This document shows positions 1 to 12,420 of a DNA stretch of 64,000 bases, piece by piece. The stretch spans positions 1,280,001-1,344,000 of the forward strand of contig CAWFSF010000006.1 of NCBI GenBank assembly GCA_963818475.1. The letters run 5' to 3'. The number at the start of each line of letters is the position of its first letter. The stretch's first letter is position 1. This DNA comes from Nitrospirota bacterium. GTDB taxonomy: Bacteria; Nitrospirota; UBA9217. The notes beneath the pieces are model-generated. The model saw only the letters and a program-made list of their open reading frames with translations. It was not told the origin of the DNA and searched no databases. The translations under genes were made by a program, and so were the position numbers.

Positions 1-319
1 TGACCGGATATTCGGGCGTTGTAAAAGTAGTGCCGGTAATGACCGCATTGTAGCTGAGACCGGACGTTTTGGTCAGGCCGGATGTATAATCGTAACGCAC
101 GCGATAGGTGGCGGCATTGGCGGCTGCGTTCCAGTGCAGCGTGACGGTACCATGCGTCGCATCGGTTTTTGTCACAGTTACCGCGAGACCCGCAGGCGCC
201 GCAGGAACAATACCGCCGCCGCCCCCTCCTCCTCCGCCGCCGCTGCAGCTGCTCATGACAGAAAGAGCGAAGAGAAGTACGATCAGCAATGCCTGGTATT
301 TTCTGGTCGATTGTGCCAT
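1..319 (-). CDS. Lipoprotein with fibronectin type III-like domain (5' part; runs off window)
   Basis: Not in ORF track. Manual translation: MAQSTRKYQALLIVLLFALSVMSSC-SGGGGGGGGG-IVPAAPAGLAVTV...VTLHWNAAANAATYRVRY. Shows lipobox Cys, poly-Gly linker and FN3 W/Y pattern; GAGGA RBS upstream. Confidence 0.75.
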   Translation of the reverse strand, partial: MAQSTRKYQALLIVLLFALSVMSSCSGGGGGGGGGGIVPAAPAGLAVTVTKTDATHGTVTLHWNAAANAATYRVRYDYTSGLTKTSGLSYNAVITGTTFTTPEYPV

Positions 320-329
320 GAGGTCCTCT

Positions 330-842
330 TCAATATTCTACAATCAGCCTGCCCTTACTGTCCTTCTTGGCAGGCTTGGATGCCTTCATTTTCTGCTGCT
401 CCTGACGTTCTTTCCCGGTCATGAGCAGGTATTGGGCCTTTCTCGTCAGGTCCTTTTTCCCGTTGGTGATGCTCACCTGCGCCATGATCCTGCCGATCCC
501 CTGCTCCGGAACCCGCACCGAGAACCGGATGGACCTCGGCTCCATTTTTACGGCGGGCCCAGACCACGAGAGATCGCCGCTCACGAGGTCCACACCGCCA
601 GAAAGCTTGACCGTGACGGTCATATTCCCGGCATCATGCGATGATATCGCCGTAGCAGCAAGTTCGACCACATCGCCAGCCTGTATCGCGTTCAGGTCAA
701 TGCCGGGCTGGGCCGGTGAGATCGATATCTGCAAAGGATGCTGCGGTTTGTACTGCAGCTCAGCGGCCAAGATACCGCCAGCATGCAGGCATGAGACCGA
801 AATGATGATCGCGAGCCAGATTGGATTTTTTCTGTTCATCAT
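330..842 (-). CDS. Secreted hypothetical protein (beta-sandwich-like)
   Basis: 170-aa ORF with signal peptide; ends 10 bp before the FN3 lipoprotein start. Confidence 0.65.
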   Translation of the reverse strand: MMNRKNPIWLAIIISVSCLHAGGILAAELQYKPQHPLQISISPAQPGIDLNAIQAGDVVELAATAISSHDAGNMTVTVKLSGGVDLVSGDLSWSGPAVKMEPRSIRFSVRVPEQGIGRIMAQVSITNGKKDLTRKAQYLLMTGKERQEQQKMKASKPAKKDSKGRLIVEY

Positions 843-998
843 CGTATACCCCTTGTCCTGGTAAATTTCGTTCTTTCAGCCCCACGTTGAGGACGTGATA
901 GGTTACAACACTGCACACGCTGACGCAAGAATTAATTCCAGGACCAGGTCCGGGTGATGGCAGCGACCAAGCATTCTATGTCTAGCACCGAATGCGAT

Positions 999-1025
999 AA
1001 AAAAAGGGTGGCATCGCTGCCACCC
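999..1025 (-). terminator. Rho-independent terminator
   Basis: GGGTGGCA-GCGA-TGCCACCC followed by T7 on the minus strand, just after the large lipoprotein stop. Confidence 0.8.
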
Positions 1026-1049
1026 CGTGAATTATTGGATTGGTCACTG

Positions 1050-4000
1050 CTACTTTGGGATTACCTGAGAAGCTTTCCTGGCGGCATCAACACCAAGCAG
1101 CTGATTCCTCCCGTTCTTCCCGGTCGTGCTCACGCCGAGCTTTGACCAGCGCTCAGTCTGAGTCGTGGTGCCATAGTTGTAATATACTTCATGGTAATGC
1201 TGCGCTTGCGTATTGTAGTCGTACACATTGACGTAGACATTCACATTCTCAGGAGCCGCAAAGCCGCAGAAGTTCGCGTCGAAGGTAAATCCGGATGCAG
1301 TCAGGGTCGCTGCACCATAGCCATAGTTCGCCTGCATCCATGGATCATTGGTGAAGTTCGTCCACGTGCCACACGCATAGACCTGAGCGTAAAGCTGTCC
1401 GTTTGATCCGCTGAACCCTGACGCAATGGGATCTGAGATCGTTCCGGTTATCGTCTGGACGCCGGAGAGGCCGTTCGTCCCGTGAGCGGGGCTCGTGATG
1501 GTCACAAAGCGCGGTTTGTCGATCCCATTCGTCGAGGTGAGGTACAAGTCGTGACACGATGAGCCCTGGGGATCGTTATAGTTGCAGATCCTGATAGTGT
1601 TGTCCGTACCGTTAAAGAGCGGAATGTTCGTTATCGTAAAGCTTCCGTTCACGATCGGCACCGTACCCTGTTGGTTCAGCGTGTCGGTGAAATTGATGCT
1701 TCCGTTCTGCGTGGTCGTCGTACCGATGATCGTGACGCTCGTATTACTTGCCCCGGCATCCCAGTAATCGTTTCCGCAATAGGGCGTGGTTATCGTGACA
1801 GCGCCGTTGTTGCCCGTTACCGATGTGAGGTTCATGCGCAGCATGGGCGAGGTCGTGTTATGGCTGATAACGTATACACTATTGTACATTCCCGACATGG
1901 AAACGTCGAGATAGTTCCACTGATAGGCATTGGTAAGTCCATAGACCTTGACTCCCGAAACGGACCACGAGCCGTCCGCGTTCGTAAAGGCCTTATAGCT
2001 TTCTTCCTGGTTGCACATCCAGTTCCGCAGGAATATCTGCGCTCCTTCGCGGTTCGAGGTGCCTTCCACGGTGACTGTGGCCGATGTGCCTGAGTCGTAA
2101 TCGGGATTCGGCGTTATGGCCGTTCCGGAAGCATTCTTGACCGCCGTGATGGTGAATGACGGCGGGCTGTAAGCACAGCTCCCGGTAGTGGTGATCGTGA
2201 TGCTCGTATAGCGTCCCTGGGAATCATTGATGTCGACGATGTTCGATCCGCCCGGACCGACCAACGGCACAGCGAACCGGAACGTACCGTCTGTGTTCGA
2301 CACGCTCTGACTCTCATAGTAGTTGCCAGTCGCCTGGCTTCCAGTCCAGTAAGCCCACATCTGCCCGGCCTCGGCAGTACCCTCAATCACCGCCGAACAG
2401 TTGGTGTCGGCATACCGGTTCTGGGCAACAGCCGGGTCATAGGAATTCCCGTCGATGCGCGTTATCGTCGGCTTGATGACGGGCTTGCCGGTTGAGGTAT
2501 TGATGCTCATCCAGACGCCGCTGTTTGCGGCATCGTAGATGCTCACTTGGTTCCAGCCATTGAACAGAACCGCATCGATGGTGAAGTTTCCGTTTGAATC
2601 GGGAATGAGGGTGCCGCTCGCATATCCCCCATCGCTGTAGACATAGTACCGCCCATTCGCAATGGTTTTGAACTTACCGGCAACATTGATGGTGTAGTTC
2701 GCAGCGGCATCCAGCGTGGCCGTCCAGTCGGAACTCGTGCCGTAATCCGCGGTCTTGGTGATGGTCGAACTGCCAGCCGCGGTCACGTTGGTGATTGATA
2801 TAGGCGGCACCCAGACCGAGCCGGTGTCCGTCTGGACATAGAATATCGTCCGATAGTAAGTAGATGTACCGCCGCTGTAAATGTTCTTAGAGAGCGTTAT
2901 ACGATTGTTGCCCTTGTAGATCTCGATGCCCGAAGGGACCATCGTGTCGCTGGTGAAAGTATTGTCTCCTGATCCCGACGTGGTAACGGTGCTGCGTGAT
3001 TGGATGTAGAACTGTCCGTCATTGTTGGTAACCATGACGTCCAGGGACGTGACATCCAGGTCGGTAACGGAGCCAAAGACATTGACCTTGCTCGCGCCCG
3101 GCGCCTTGTAATAGTTCCACTGGTCTCCGTAAACCGTATTTCCCATCTCGTCGGTGACGTCCCAGATGACGATGGGTGGCTGCTTGCCGCCTGTGGTAAG
3201 AACCCAGAAGCTCTTATACAGGGGAGAACGGCCGACGGGAGCACTGTCTTCCCGGATGGAAAACGTATTGACCCCTTTGTAGAGTGGAACGGTGAGATTC
3301 GCTTTGCGGTCGGTGAACGAGACACCGAATTCCTTGCGTGCGCCTCCCATCTGTGTCACGGTTGCGGTCGGAACATCCATGTTCGGCGTGTAGATTGTCA
3401 TCGTGGTCTGGAAAGCGCTGCCGAGATCGTACCCGAAGATCGCCGGATTATAGACAACCGGGGGCACCGCCATGTTCGTTCCGGCCCGGACCTCGACCGA
3501 CAGCTCGGCATAAATGCCTGCGATGGTGAACCGGCGAACCGAACTGACCGCGCTGATGTCCTGCAGAATATCGCGGGTCGTCTTGTTCACCACGAAATTC
3601 GGGTCGTTCGGATTGTTCGGATCAGGCACGGCGGTGGCTGTCCCGAGTCCGATCACCTCCCAGTAATACCTGCCCCCTTCCTGGGTGTGAAAATTCGCAT
3701 AGGTGTCGAAGCCGAGCTTTTGGCCGACGTCGAAACCTTGCAGGTCCGCGAGGGGGTCCTGCTCGGTACTGAAGGAAGTTACCGTTGACGGGAAGGCGAA
3801 AGCAAATCCGTTATAGGGCTGCCGCTCGTCGGTTACGACGAGAATATAGGTTTGGACCCCGGTCGCGGCATCCCAGGAGAACTTAGCTTTGAGATTGTCG
3901 TTGTCCGGCATCTTGCTCATAATGCCGCCGTCGACGATCTCCGTGCGCCACAGGATCTCCGGCGTGAACGGGTAGATCACCTGGTACAGCTTGGTGCTGA

Positions 4001-5832
4001 TGAGGCTCGGTTTGTTGATCGTCTTGTCGCGGTTGTCGATGCCGATGGAGCCGCTTACGATCTTCCAGCTGCCGTTCTTGAACTTGAGGGTGAGGTAGAA
4101 CGATTCTCGCGGCGCAGCATCTAGGCACCGGCTCAGGTTCACGGAGTTTGCCGCCGTCAGTATGAACTCGAAATCGGCCGTATTGGTCAGCGCGACGACA
4201 TTGATCGAATCGCCGGCTTTCGGCGTTATAACGCCGTCAATGGTCGAGCCGCAATATTCCCACTGCGGGAAGGCGTTCGTCACGAGCATGCGGCTGAACT
4301 CGCCAAGACTGTACCGGCCGTCGCGGTTGATGTCCGTGCCGGTATCGATGCCGTTGGTTGCGACATCGTAATCCATGTAGAACTCGCCGGACATGACGCT
4401 CTGCAACTGGGCGATATTCCGGTCGTTCATGGCCCGCACCCACTTGCCGAACACCGCCTTGACCTGGGCCTGCATGTTCTGGTATTCGGCAGATGCCGTC
4501 GGATCGATCCCGGGCGTGTCCTCCGCGTTCTTGGTCGTTATGGAACCGGTCAGCGTGTTGATCGTATGGCCGGCCAGGTCCCTGCCGCCGCTCACCGTCA
4601 GCGCGTAGCTCGTGTCGAGCTTCAGCGGTTCACCAAGAATGAACTCATACACGAAGAGGCCGCCGGCTGTTTTGCCAAGGAACAGGACACCGGGCTTCAC
4701 GCCGATGCTCGGCGTGCCTCGCAGAGCGATGCCGTTCACATCGAGCGGTTTGTTGGACTCGATCCGGAAGGACTGGGTGACATCGACCGTACCGCCCATC
4801 TCGATCACCGTAGGGCTGTTCCACTGCACGGTGGGGTCGATCGTGTCCGCTGCCGATGCCGTGAACTTCCCTACGGCGGTCTTTTTGAGGGCATTGCCGT
4901 ACACGTTCAGAGACCGGGGAAGACTGGGATCGGAATCCTCGCCGTGGATGGTTATCGTGTACTCCTGTCCCGGCGTCATCTGGACGCCCGGATCGAGGTA
5001 ATAGGTCGCCGTAAGCCAGTCAGCCGATAGAGACCATTTGCCCGCAACCGAAGGATAGATCTCGATTCCGCTTATGAGGCTGTCGCGCCACATGGGCAAG
5101 CTGAAGGAGATTTGGATGGCCGAGTTTGCCGGGAGCGTGGCCGTTACGGCACTGTCATTATAGCCCCACCGCTCGGTACCGTCGGTGATCTTTTTCGTGC
5201 CGAACATGTAGATCACCTCGGGCGCCACGTCGCTCGGCAGCACCTCGAAGTCAACGTTCGGAATGGCTCCCTCGAAATTCATCACGATGCTCTGGACCGC
5301 AACGATCGGCTTCTGGCCGAGGCCGAAACCGGAATAGGCCACCAGCGTATAATTTCCGGCCGGAATGGGATCACCGTCCGTGTAGGTCGCATCCGCTGTT
5401 CTTCGAAGCGTTGGTCATGGAGGAGAGCGTGTAGTTTCCGTCAGAATCGGTGCTGCCTGAGGAGACAGGGAAGAGCCATTCGGGATGGTCGGCGTCGTAC
5501 ATGTCGACCTGTGCGTTGGCAAGGGCGGTCGCGAACGAAGCCGCATTCAGCTTATTCAGGAGATCGTAGTCAGGCAGATAGGCCGGGCGGTCCGCGGCCC
5601 CCTGTATAGGCGGCCGAAGCGACGCGACGTCCGCCAAAAACTTTGATTTTGACAGTTGCGTTTTTCCATTGCCCACAATGGACGCGGACAAGGTCACCTT
5701 GCCGGACACCACGGTGCTGCCGCTACCGATTGTGGAGCTTCCTCCTTTGCCGGAGCCGCTGCATCCACCCATAACCATCAGAATAGAAAGAAAAATGATC
5801 GAAAACACGGTCGTTGATAGGAACCGTTTCAT
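1050..5832 (-). CDS. Giant surface lipoprotein (~1,590 aa) with Ig-like repeats and an NTF2/SnoaL-like domain; one frameshift near 5380
   Basis: ORF 5371-5832 carries the lipobox (LMVMGGC) and a G/S linker. ORF 1050-5342 has no signal peptide and is T/S/G/N-rich, with repeated L(Y/F)xGxN Ig modules, a SnoaL-like segment (VFGKWVRAMNDRNIAQLQSVMS) and a DINRDG Ca-binding-like loop. Confidence 0.7.
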
Positions 5833-5931
5833 AGTGCTACCTCCCCCTGCTTGTCTTAAACGCTGTTTTTTCGAAAGTTCCAGGGACCCGCAGTTCAGGT
5901 ACTATTCACCTGCCATTGATCCCGGTACTCA

Positions 5932-7173
5932 TTAGTACGAATAGGAGGATGACAAGAAGATCAGCCATCCCAGTACGTCAACGTTCTGTATGTTCGAAAT
6001 ATCTCGCTGGATCTGTGCCTTGCCCGATCCGGAGGTAATGCTGCCGCCAAAGGATATGGATGTGTTCCGCGTGAAGTTGCTGATGCTGAGGCTCATGCCG
6101 TACAGATCCACCTTCTCGTCCTGGTTGAACCGCGTGGGGTCGAGTTCGGGAGTGTTGGCCATGTTCGTGAACAGCCCGCCACGCACCGCCCAGTTCTTAT
6201 CGAGGAAATATTCAGTTCCCAGTGCAAGATTTACCACGTCCACCCGGTCGCCGTTCGGATTCTCGACCTTGGTGTAATAGGAAAGATCAGCACTCAGCAA
6301 CAGGCTGCTTGTAGGGAAGTACGCCGCACCGAGACGAACTTCGACAGGATACTTGGGAGTTGTAGACTCACCGGTCATCGACGGCCGGGACAAGATACCG
6401 GTCTGATCGACTTGGGACAACTGGACGTCGACGGACGAGCTATAGACAAACGTTTTTGCCACAGAAAGACCGATCGACAGTTTGTCCATCGGTGCGATCA
6501 TGACGCCCAGGATCGGTTTGTATCCCCGCTCCACTTTTTCTATGTAGCTGTTCTCCCACAGGAATGAGGTGCCGTCCTGCAGCGAAATGAACTGGTTCAA
6601 AACGGACTGGTTGCTGCGGTGATAGAGATAGAGGGTCATGCCGGCCGCTATTTTGCTGTTTAATTCCATCGCCAGTGAAGGGCCGAGCAGGTACGTCGTG
6701 TCCTCATTGTTGAAATTGATGGTGTACTTCGTTGCCGGCTGGCCCAGGCTTGTCGGAAAACTGCCGGTGAAGGTCTGGTCCTGGTCCTCCCGGATCGAGT
6801 CAGGGACCGCATAGGAGAAGCCGAACTTGAACTTGCCGAGCGGCTGGATGATGCCGAAGAAATTCGGCAGAAGCGATGTGGACCTTCTCTCCCAACCAAG
6901 GCCGCCGATGACGCTGTCGTATTTCTTTGTTTGATCGTAGTACGAGTTCAGACTGGCGGACAGGTTCCTGCCGGTGGCATAGACGATGCCGGCGGGATTG
7001 TAATATAACCCGCTGGGATCGTCGGAAATGCCGGCATAGGCGCCGCCCATGCCCGTTGCCCGGTCACCGATCAGCATATTATTGTAATGGAACTCATCCG
7101 CGCTCGAAACACTGCTGACCATGACAAGCATAACGATCATCGCCAATGCTGCGCTGAATTTTCGAAGAGACAT
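5932..7173 (-). CDS. OmpP1/FadL-like outer-membrane beta-barrel
   Basis: N-terminal GDRATGMGGAYAGISDDPSGLYYNPAG motif, signal peptide, C-terminal aromatic YSY; GGAGG RBS before MSLRK. Confidence 0.8.
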   Translation of the reverse strand: MSLRKFSAALAMIVMLVMVSSVSSADEFHYNNMLIGDRATGMGGAYAGISDDPSGLYYNPAGIVYATGRNLSASLNSYYDQTKKYDSVIGGLGWERRSTSLLPNFFGIIQPLGKFKFGFSYAVPDSIREDQDQTFTGSFPTSLGQPATKYTINFNNEDTTYLLGPSLAMELNSKIAAGMTLYLYHRSNQSVLNQFISLQDGTSFLWENSYIEKVERGYKPILGVMIAPMDKLSIGLSVAKTFVYSSSVDVQLSQVDQTGILSRPSMTGESTTPKYPVEVRLGAAYFPTSSLLLSADLSYYTKVENPNGDRVDVVNLALGTEYFLDKNWAVRGGLFTNMANTPELDPTRFNQDEKVDLYGMSLSISNFTRNTSISFGGSITSGSGKAQIQRDISNIQNVDVLGWLIFLSSSYSY

Positions 7174-7217
7174 TGATACCTCCACCGGGTCGAAAAGATT
7201 ATATTTCACGCAAAACG

Positions 7218-8054
7218 TTATTTTACGGTTTTCATGGTTTCGGAAAAACGCGCCTTATGTGCGTTCAGGGCTGCGGGATCGATACCGGCCTCCGTTATCG
7301 TATCTTTTAACAGGAGGATGCGGGTTTCATAGGCCGGATGCGTCTTGTCGAGCACTTCCGTTGTCTTGCCTTTCGCAGCTTTTATCCGTTCGAAATACCG
7401 GACCAGCCCGGTGGGATCGTAGCCGGTGACCGCGCACAGCATGACCGATCCCTTGTCGGCCTGGATCTCATCCTCACGCTTGTAGCCTGTTGTGAAAAGC
7501 GTGTCCATGGCCTTATCCACGGCCTTTGAGAAAGCAATGCGGGCGGACTCGGTCCCTCCGCCGATCAGCCGCGCCAGTCCGGAAACCGCGGAGCCTTCTG
7601 CGGCCTTGATGTCCAGCTCCTTGACCACGTGCTTCCCATTGATATGTCCCATCTCATGGGCAATGACACCGGCAAGTTCCGACTCATCCTGCATTTTGTC
7701 GATCGCACCCTTGGTGACGAAGATATAGCCGCCCGGTGCGGCATAGGCGTTGATTTCCGAAGTATTGAGGACCGCGAAATGGTACTTCAGCTCCGGCCGG
7801 TTCGAATTGGCGGCAAGGGAGAGTCCCACGAGGTTGAGATATTTCGTAAGCGGATCGCTGGTATAGAGTCCGTACCGGCCTATTAATCTGGCAGCGACCT
7901 CCCGGCCGAAACGGATCTCTTCGGTGACGTCATCGCTCGTCGCTTCCTGGGGGGCGGCCGAAACCCGCTGCCGCCATGCCTGATCATCGGCGGCATGTGC
8001 TGCCGCAGGAAGAGCGAATGCCACCAGTAAAGCGAATAGGGTGATCTTCCTCAT
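7218..8054 (-). CDS. Secreted M48 family zinc metalloprotease
   Basis: INAYAAPGG, ELAGVIAHEMGH (HExxH), EIQAD and THP motifs; signal peptide. Confidence 0.9.
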   Translation of the reverse strand: MRKITLFALLVAFALPAAAHAADDQAWRQRVSAAPQEATSDDVTEEIRFGREVAARLIGRYGLYTSDPLTKYLNLVGLSLAANSNRPELKYHFAVLNTSEINAYAAPGGYIFVTKGAIDKMQDESELAGVIAHEMGHINGKHVVKELDIKAAEGSAVSGLARLIGGGTESARIAFSKAVDKAMDTLFTTGYKREDEIQADKGSVMLCAVTGYDPTGLVRYFERIKAAKGKTTEVLDKTHPAYETRILLLKDTITEAGIDPAALNAHKARFSETMKTVK

Positions 8055-8536
8055 ATTTTGCCGCCTTCCATGAACCGCACAAGGTCGGCCTCCGGCACGG
8101 CGTACCGTTCCACTTTTTCGAGACCGTCGTAGTCGAGCTTATCCTCGCCGCCCAGCCTTCTGCGATCATCGGCCGCAAGACCTCTCGCGGCTGCAGCGCT
8201 CGTATACGTCGATGCGCGCCTTCGCACGCCCTGCTTCAATTCCGACGTATCAGTTTTAAACAGCGAGGGCCGTGCCAGAGGAGGAGCGGACGAAAGTAGG
8301 ATTGCTGCCACATACCCTTCCTTCTCGTAGTAGCTGACCTTTATCCAGCTCCCCTGTTTTCCGATCGCGGAGAGCTTGGTCCCCTTGCCGGCCTCGCCGA
8401 GCACGTTCGCCTTGAATGATGGCGCTGAAAGCACTTTTGCCTTCAGGCTTTGCACGTAATACGTTTCCAGTGAATAGGCCGTGCCGGCGGCCATACCGAC
8501 GAGCACTCCCATGAGTACCACGATGATCTTTTTCAT
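8051..8536 (-). CDS. Secreted bacterial SH3-domain protein
   Basis: Signal peptide, SH3b pattern (GSWIKV...EGYV), then SAAAARGL; 4-bp overlap with the M48 gene. Confidence 0.75.
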   Translation of the reverse strand: MKKIIVVLMGVLVGMAAGTAYSLETYYVQSLKAKVLSAPSFKANVLGEAGKGTKLSAIGKQGSWIKVSYYEKEGYVAAILLSSAPPLARPSLFKTDTSELKQGVRRRASTYTSAAAARGLAADDRRRLGGEDKLDYDGLEKVERYAVPEADLVRFMEGGKI

Positions 8537-8656
8537 TGCAGCTCCCTTCCTTTGTGCCGTACGATCCTACCCGAAGCATGCACGGCTGTAAATAGCCATG
8601 TCGGGGTAATTTCAGGGTATCCTGCCTGATCGCTGCTGACGCGCGTAAGGCACGGG

Positions 8657-10588
8657 TCACACCGCCGTGTAGATGTTCACCGGCTGTTCCCTGCCCTTGA
8701 CCTTCACGTTTCCCAGTTGCCTGCCGTCGATCTTGTCCTTGATCTTCTCGTACGTATACTCCGAGAAGATCAGCGGGCTCTTGTATTCCTTGGTGATGCT
8801 TTCCAGCCGCGACGCAAGGTTGACCGTATCCCCCACGATCGTATAGTTCTTTTTCTTCTCGGACCCGATCTCGCCGATCGTGGCTACCCCGGTGTTGATG
8901 CCGACGCCGATCTTGACCTCCATGTCCAGACCCCGCTCCCTGAGGGTCGCGTTGACCTGTTCGAGCGCCTCGATCATTTCCTTGCCTGCAAGCACGGCCT
9001 GTTCGGCATGATCGGCCGTCTTGACCGGCGCGCCCCAGAATGCCATGATCGCATCGCCGATATACTTGTCGATCGTGCCGTTATGCTTCAGGATGATGTC
9101 GGCCATGATCGTAAAATGGACGTTCAGCATTTCCACGATCTTCTCAGGCGGCGTGGTCTCCGACATGGTCGTGAAACCGCGGATATCGGAGAACAGGACC
9201 GTCAGTTCAACCTTCGTGCCGGCGCTCGCCTTCTGGTATTCCTTGTAATTGTGCAGCACCTCGTGCAGGACATCTTTCGACACATACTGCGTAAAGAGGT
9301 GTGACACTCGCCGTTTTTCGGCGGCTTCGGTAAAGGTAAGGTACCCGAAGGACAGAAAACTGCTTGCCACGGTGGCAAAGATGAACGGCACCTCCTCGAC
9401 CATCATATTCGACCTGAAGGCGAAGAGCGAGTACCCGATATAGGAGGAAAGCAACACCAGCGGGAAAGCAGCCCGCAGGAAGAACGTGCCGGACAAACAT
9501 GATCACCAGCGTGGTCAGGAACGCTCCGATGAGCATGGAAGCAATGGTAAGCCGCCGGTCAGGCGGCTTGAGAAAATCGTTCATGCAGATAATTGGCGGC
9601 AAGAGAAACGTGAAAAATAACACCGGGCGAGCTCGCTGCAAGCGGCGTCGGCTTGAGGTCGTGAACCGCCCACCGCGCTTACGCCGATGAAGACGATGGC
9701 ATCCTTGAACTCATCGGGATTGACGAGCAGGTTTTCCACCTCTCCCTGCTGTATCTTTTGAAGGGACGCAAAGATCCCGCCGATGGAATAGGGCTTCACC
9801 ATATCGATCCCGTACATATTGATAGCGTAATTGCCGCTTTGGTCAACGGGAATAACGCGGTCATTGATCGTAAGTGCATCTTTGCCGATCATGACACGCG
9901 AATGTTCATCGATAAAAGGCGCAATGCCGAGCACCGGGAAATATTTTCCCTGATATTCGCGCAAAGGCTTTGTTCTTCTCAGGACGCCATCGCTGTCAGG
10001 CGGGAACTCCACAACAGCAATGCCTTGAGAAACGGAACGGAGCGGTTCTATCGGAAGGGCAAAATCGTTGTTCTTTTCCTCGGCCTTGACCGGCAGGCCT
10101 CCTGTTATCTGCTTGACGGCATAGCGGGCGACAAAATCCTCGGGCAGCGGCATTCCCAGGTCCGTATGGGACCGTCGGTCATCATCGGCCTTGGCACGGT
10201 TGATCATCATGCTATGGTAGATGTTTCCCGATGACTGGGTCGCAGTCGCCAGCGCCCCGTCGTTCTCCTCGTCCTGCCGTGCGTCAAAAAGAATATCGAA
10301 CAATACTGCTTTCGCGCCGCCGACCTTCATGAACTCGAGCAATTCGGCCCATATCTGGCGGGGCCAGGGCCACCTGCCGGCGATCCCCTCAAGCGCTTTG
10401 ATCGAAGCATCATCAACAAGCACGACCTTGATCGAGCTGGGTGGTATTTTATCCGAGCGGAAGATCTTCGATTTAGCGTCAAACGCAAACAGGTCGGGCT
10501 TCTCGAATGCACCGGCGTAATACATGAGGAGGGTAACGGTAAATACGAAGATTGAAACAGACAGGGCAATGAGGATTTTTTTTGTCAT
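8657..10588 (-). CDS. CHASE2-domain adenylate/guanylate cyclase (frameshifts near 9500-9680)
   Basis: CHASE2 motifs GRWPWPR, VLFDILF, DSDGVLRR; class III cyclase motifs LFSDIRGFT, DKYIGDAIMA, YTIVGDTVNLASRLE. The Lys in DKY suggests ATP specificity. Confidence 0.9.
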
Positions 10589-10901
10589 AAGGATTCCATC
10601 GTTTTTGCTTTTATCACGAAAAGGAGTTAACCCCCTGTCATCTGGACGACCATGGTAAAAATTGATACTAAATGATGACAAGAGATGGGGTAATACTAGC
10701 ACCTTTTTACAGAAAATTCCACTTTTTTTAGGGATGAGACTTCATATTTGAATGAATATCAGTTATTTACTGTAGTTTTAAGGCAGGAAGCATCTACGAG
10801 GTTTGTGTGTCGATTCCCTGGCGGAGGCTCTGTTAAGCCTGATCAGGAGAACCTCCTGATATGCTCACGAAAACAGGTGGAGCACCCGGTTCGCGTCAGG
10901 C

Positions 10902-12304
10902 TCACTTTCCGGGTTTTTGCGTGTGTACAGACAGCTCGTGGACATCCTCGGCTGCTTCCATGACCGCTTCGGCAAGCGTTGGATGGGCATGGATCAGTTG
11001 CCCAAGCTGTCGTGCTGTGGCGCCCATCTGCATGGCAAGCGCTCCTTCATGAATAAGGTCAGCAGCATGGGCGCCGCACAGATGCACGCCCAGTATCCTG
11101 TCCGTATCTGTCGCGGCAATGATCTTTGCGATCCCTGTTATTTCTCCCATGGCGTGCGCCTTTCCGAGCCCGCGAAACTGGAACCTGCCGACCCGGTACT
11201 CGATCCCCTTTTCCCGCGCCTGCTGCTCCCGCATACCGACGCTGCCGATCTCGGGCATGGTGAAAATTCCGGCTGGAACGACGGCATAATCCATAACTGC
11301 ATTGCCGCCCAGCGCATTTTCGGCAGCAATGAGGCCCTGGTGCGAGGCGACATGGGCAAGCATGACATGACCGGTAACATCACCGACAGCATAGATGCCG
11401 GCAACGTTCGTTTCCATGCGGTCATTCACGACGATCTCTCCGCGGCCTGCCCTTGTTCACGCCCAGTGCCTCAAGACCGATACTTTCCGAATTCATGCGG
11501 CGGCCGATCGAAACGAGGATCGCTTCTGTTTTTATTTCCTGTCCGTTCGAAAGCAGCGCATTCATCATGCCGTCAGGGCTCTTTGTTTACTGACTCCACC
11601 TTGACGTTAGTGATGAGTTTGATCTTTGCCTTTTTAAATTCGCGTTCAATAATGCCGGATAGTTCTTCATCCTCTGTTGACAGCGCATGGGGCATCATTT
11701 CGGCCATGGTCACTTCGGCGCCGAACGACCGGTAGATGAAAGCGAATTCGCTGCCGATCACGCCCGCTCCGACAATGAGCAGGCTTTTCGGAATTCTTTT
11801 CAGTTGCACCGCATCGTCGCTGGTCATCACCTGCCTCGCCGTCAAAAGGAAAACCGCCAGTTTCGCCGGACGCGAACCCGTTGCTATGATGACTTTGTCG
11901 GACCGAATGTCGAGGGTCGAACCGTCTTTTTTTTCAACCCGTACGATATCCCGTGAAATCAGTGAACCGCGCCCTTCAATAAGAGTAACACCCCAGCTTT
12001 TAAGCAATCCGCGGATACCTTTTATCTGCGTTGAGACGATCTTGTCCTTTCGCTCCAGGATCCGCGACAGATTGAACCCTATTGTCCCGGTCACCTCGAC
12101 CCCGAATTCGCCTGCACGACGGGTGCGCTCCAGCGCTTCTGCGGAGGCAATAAGCGTTTTCGTCGGGATACATCCCCAGTTCAGACAGGTCCCGCCGACT
12201 TCGGCATCTTCAACAACGGTAACCTGCGCACCTTTTTGCGCAGCCCGTATCGCGGCCACGTATCCGCCTGGACCTGCTCCTATGATCGTCAGCTTTACCG
12301 TCAT
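10902..12304 (-). CDS. lpdA: Dihydrolipoyl dehydrogenase (frameshifted)
   Basis: GAGPGGY, GGTCLNWGCIP redox disulfide, HAHPTLAE C-terminal motif. Confidence 0.95.
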
Positions 12305-12420
12305 GCGTCCCTCCCTGCAGCTCATCGGTGAGATTGCAACAAGCATTTTTGCGCAGCACCCTGTATCGCTGCAGCTGTTCTGCCTGGAGCCTGTCGAACA
12401 AAAGATGCTTGAGCAATAGA

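Noticed and set aside
925-940. Sigma54-like promoter TGGAATTAATTCTTGC upstream of the 330-842 gene
   Set aside because: GG-to-GC spacing is 11 nt rather than the required 10; valid only if an insertion error is shown.
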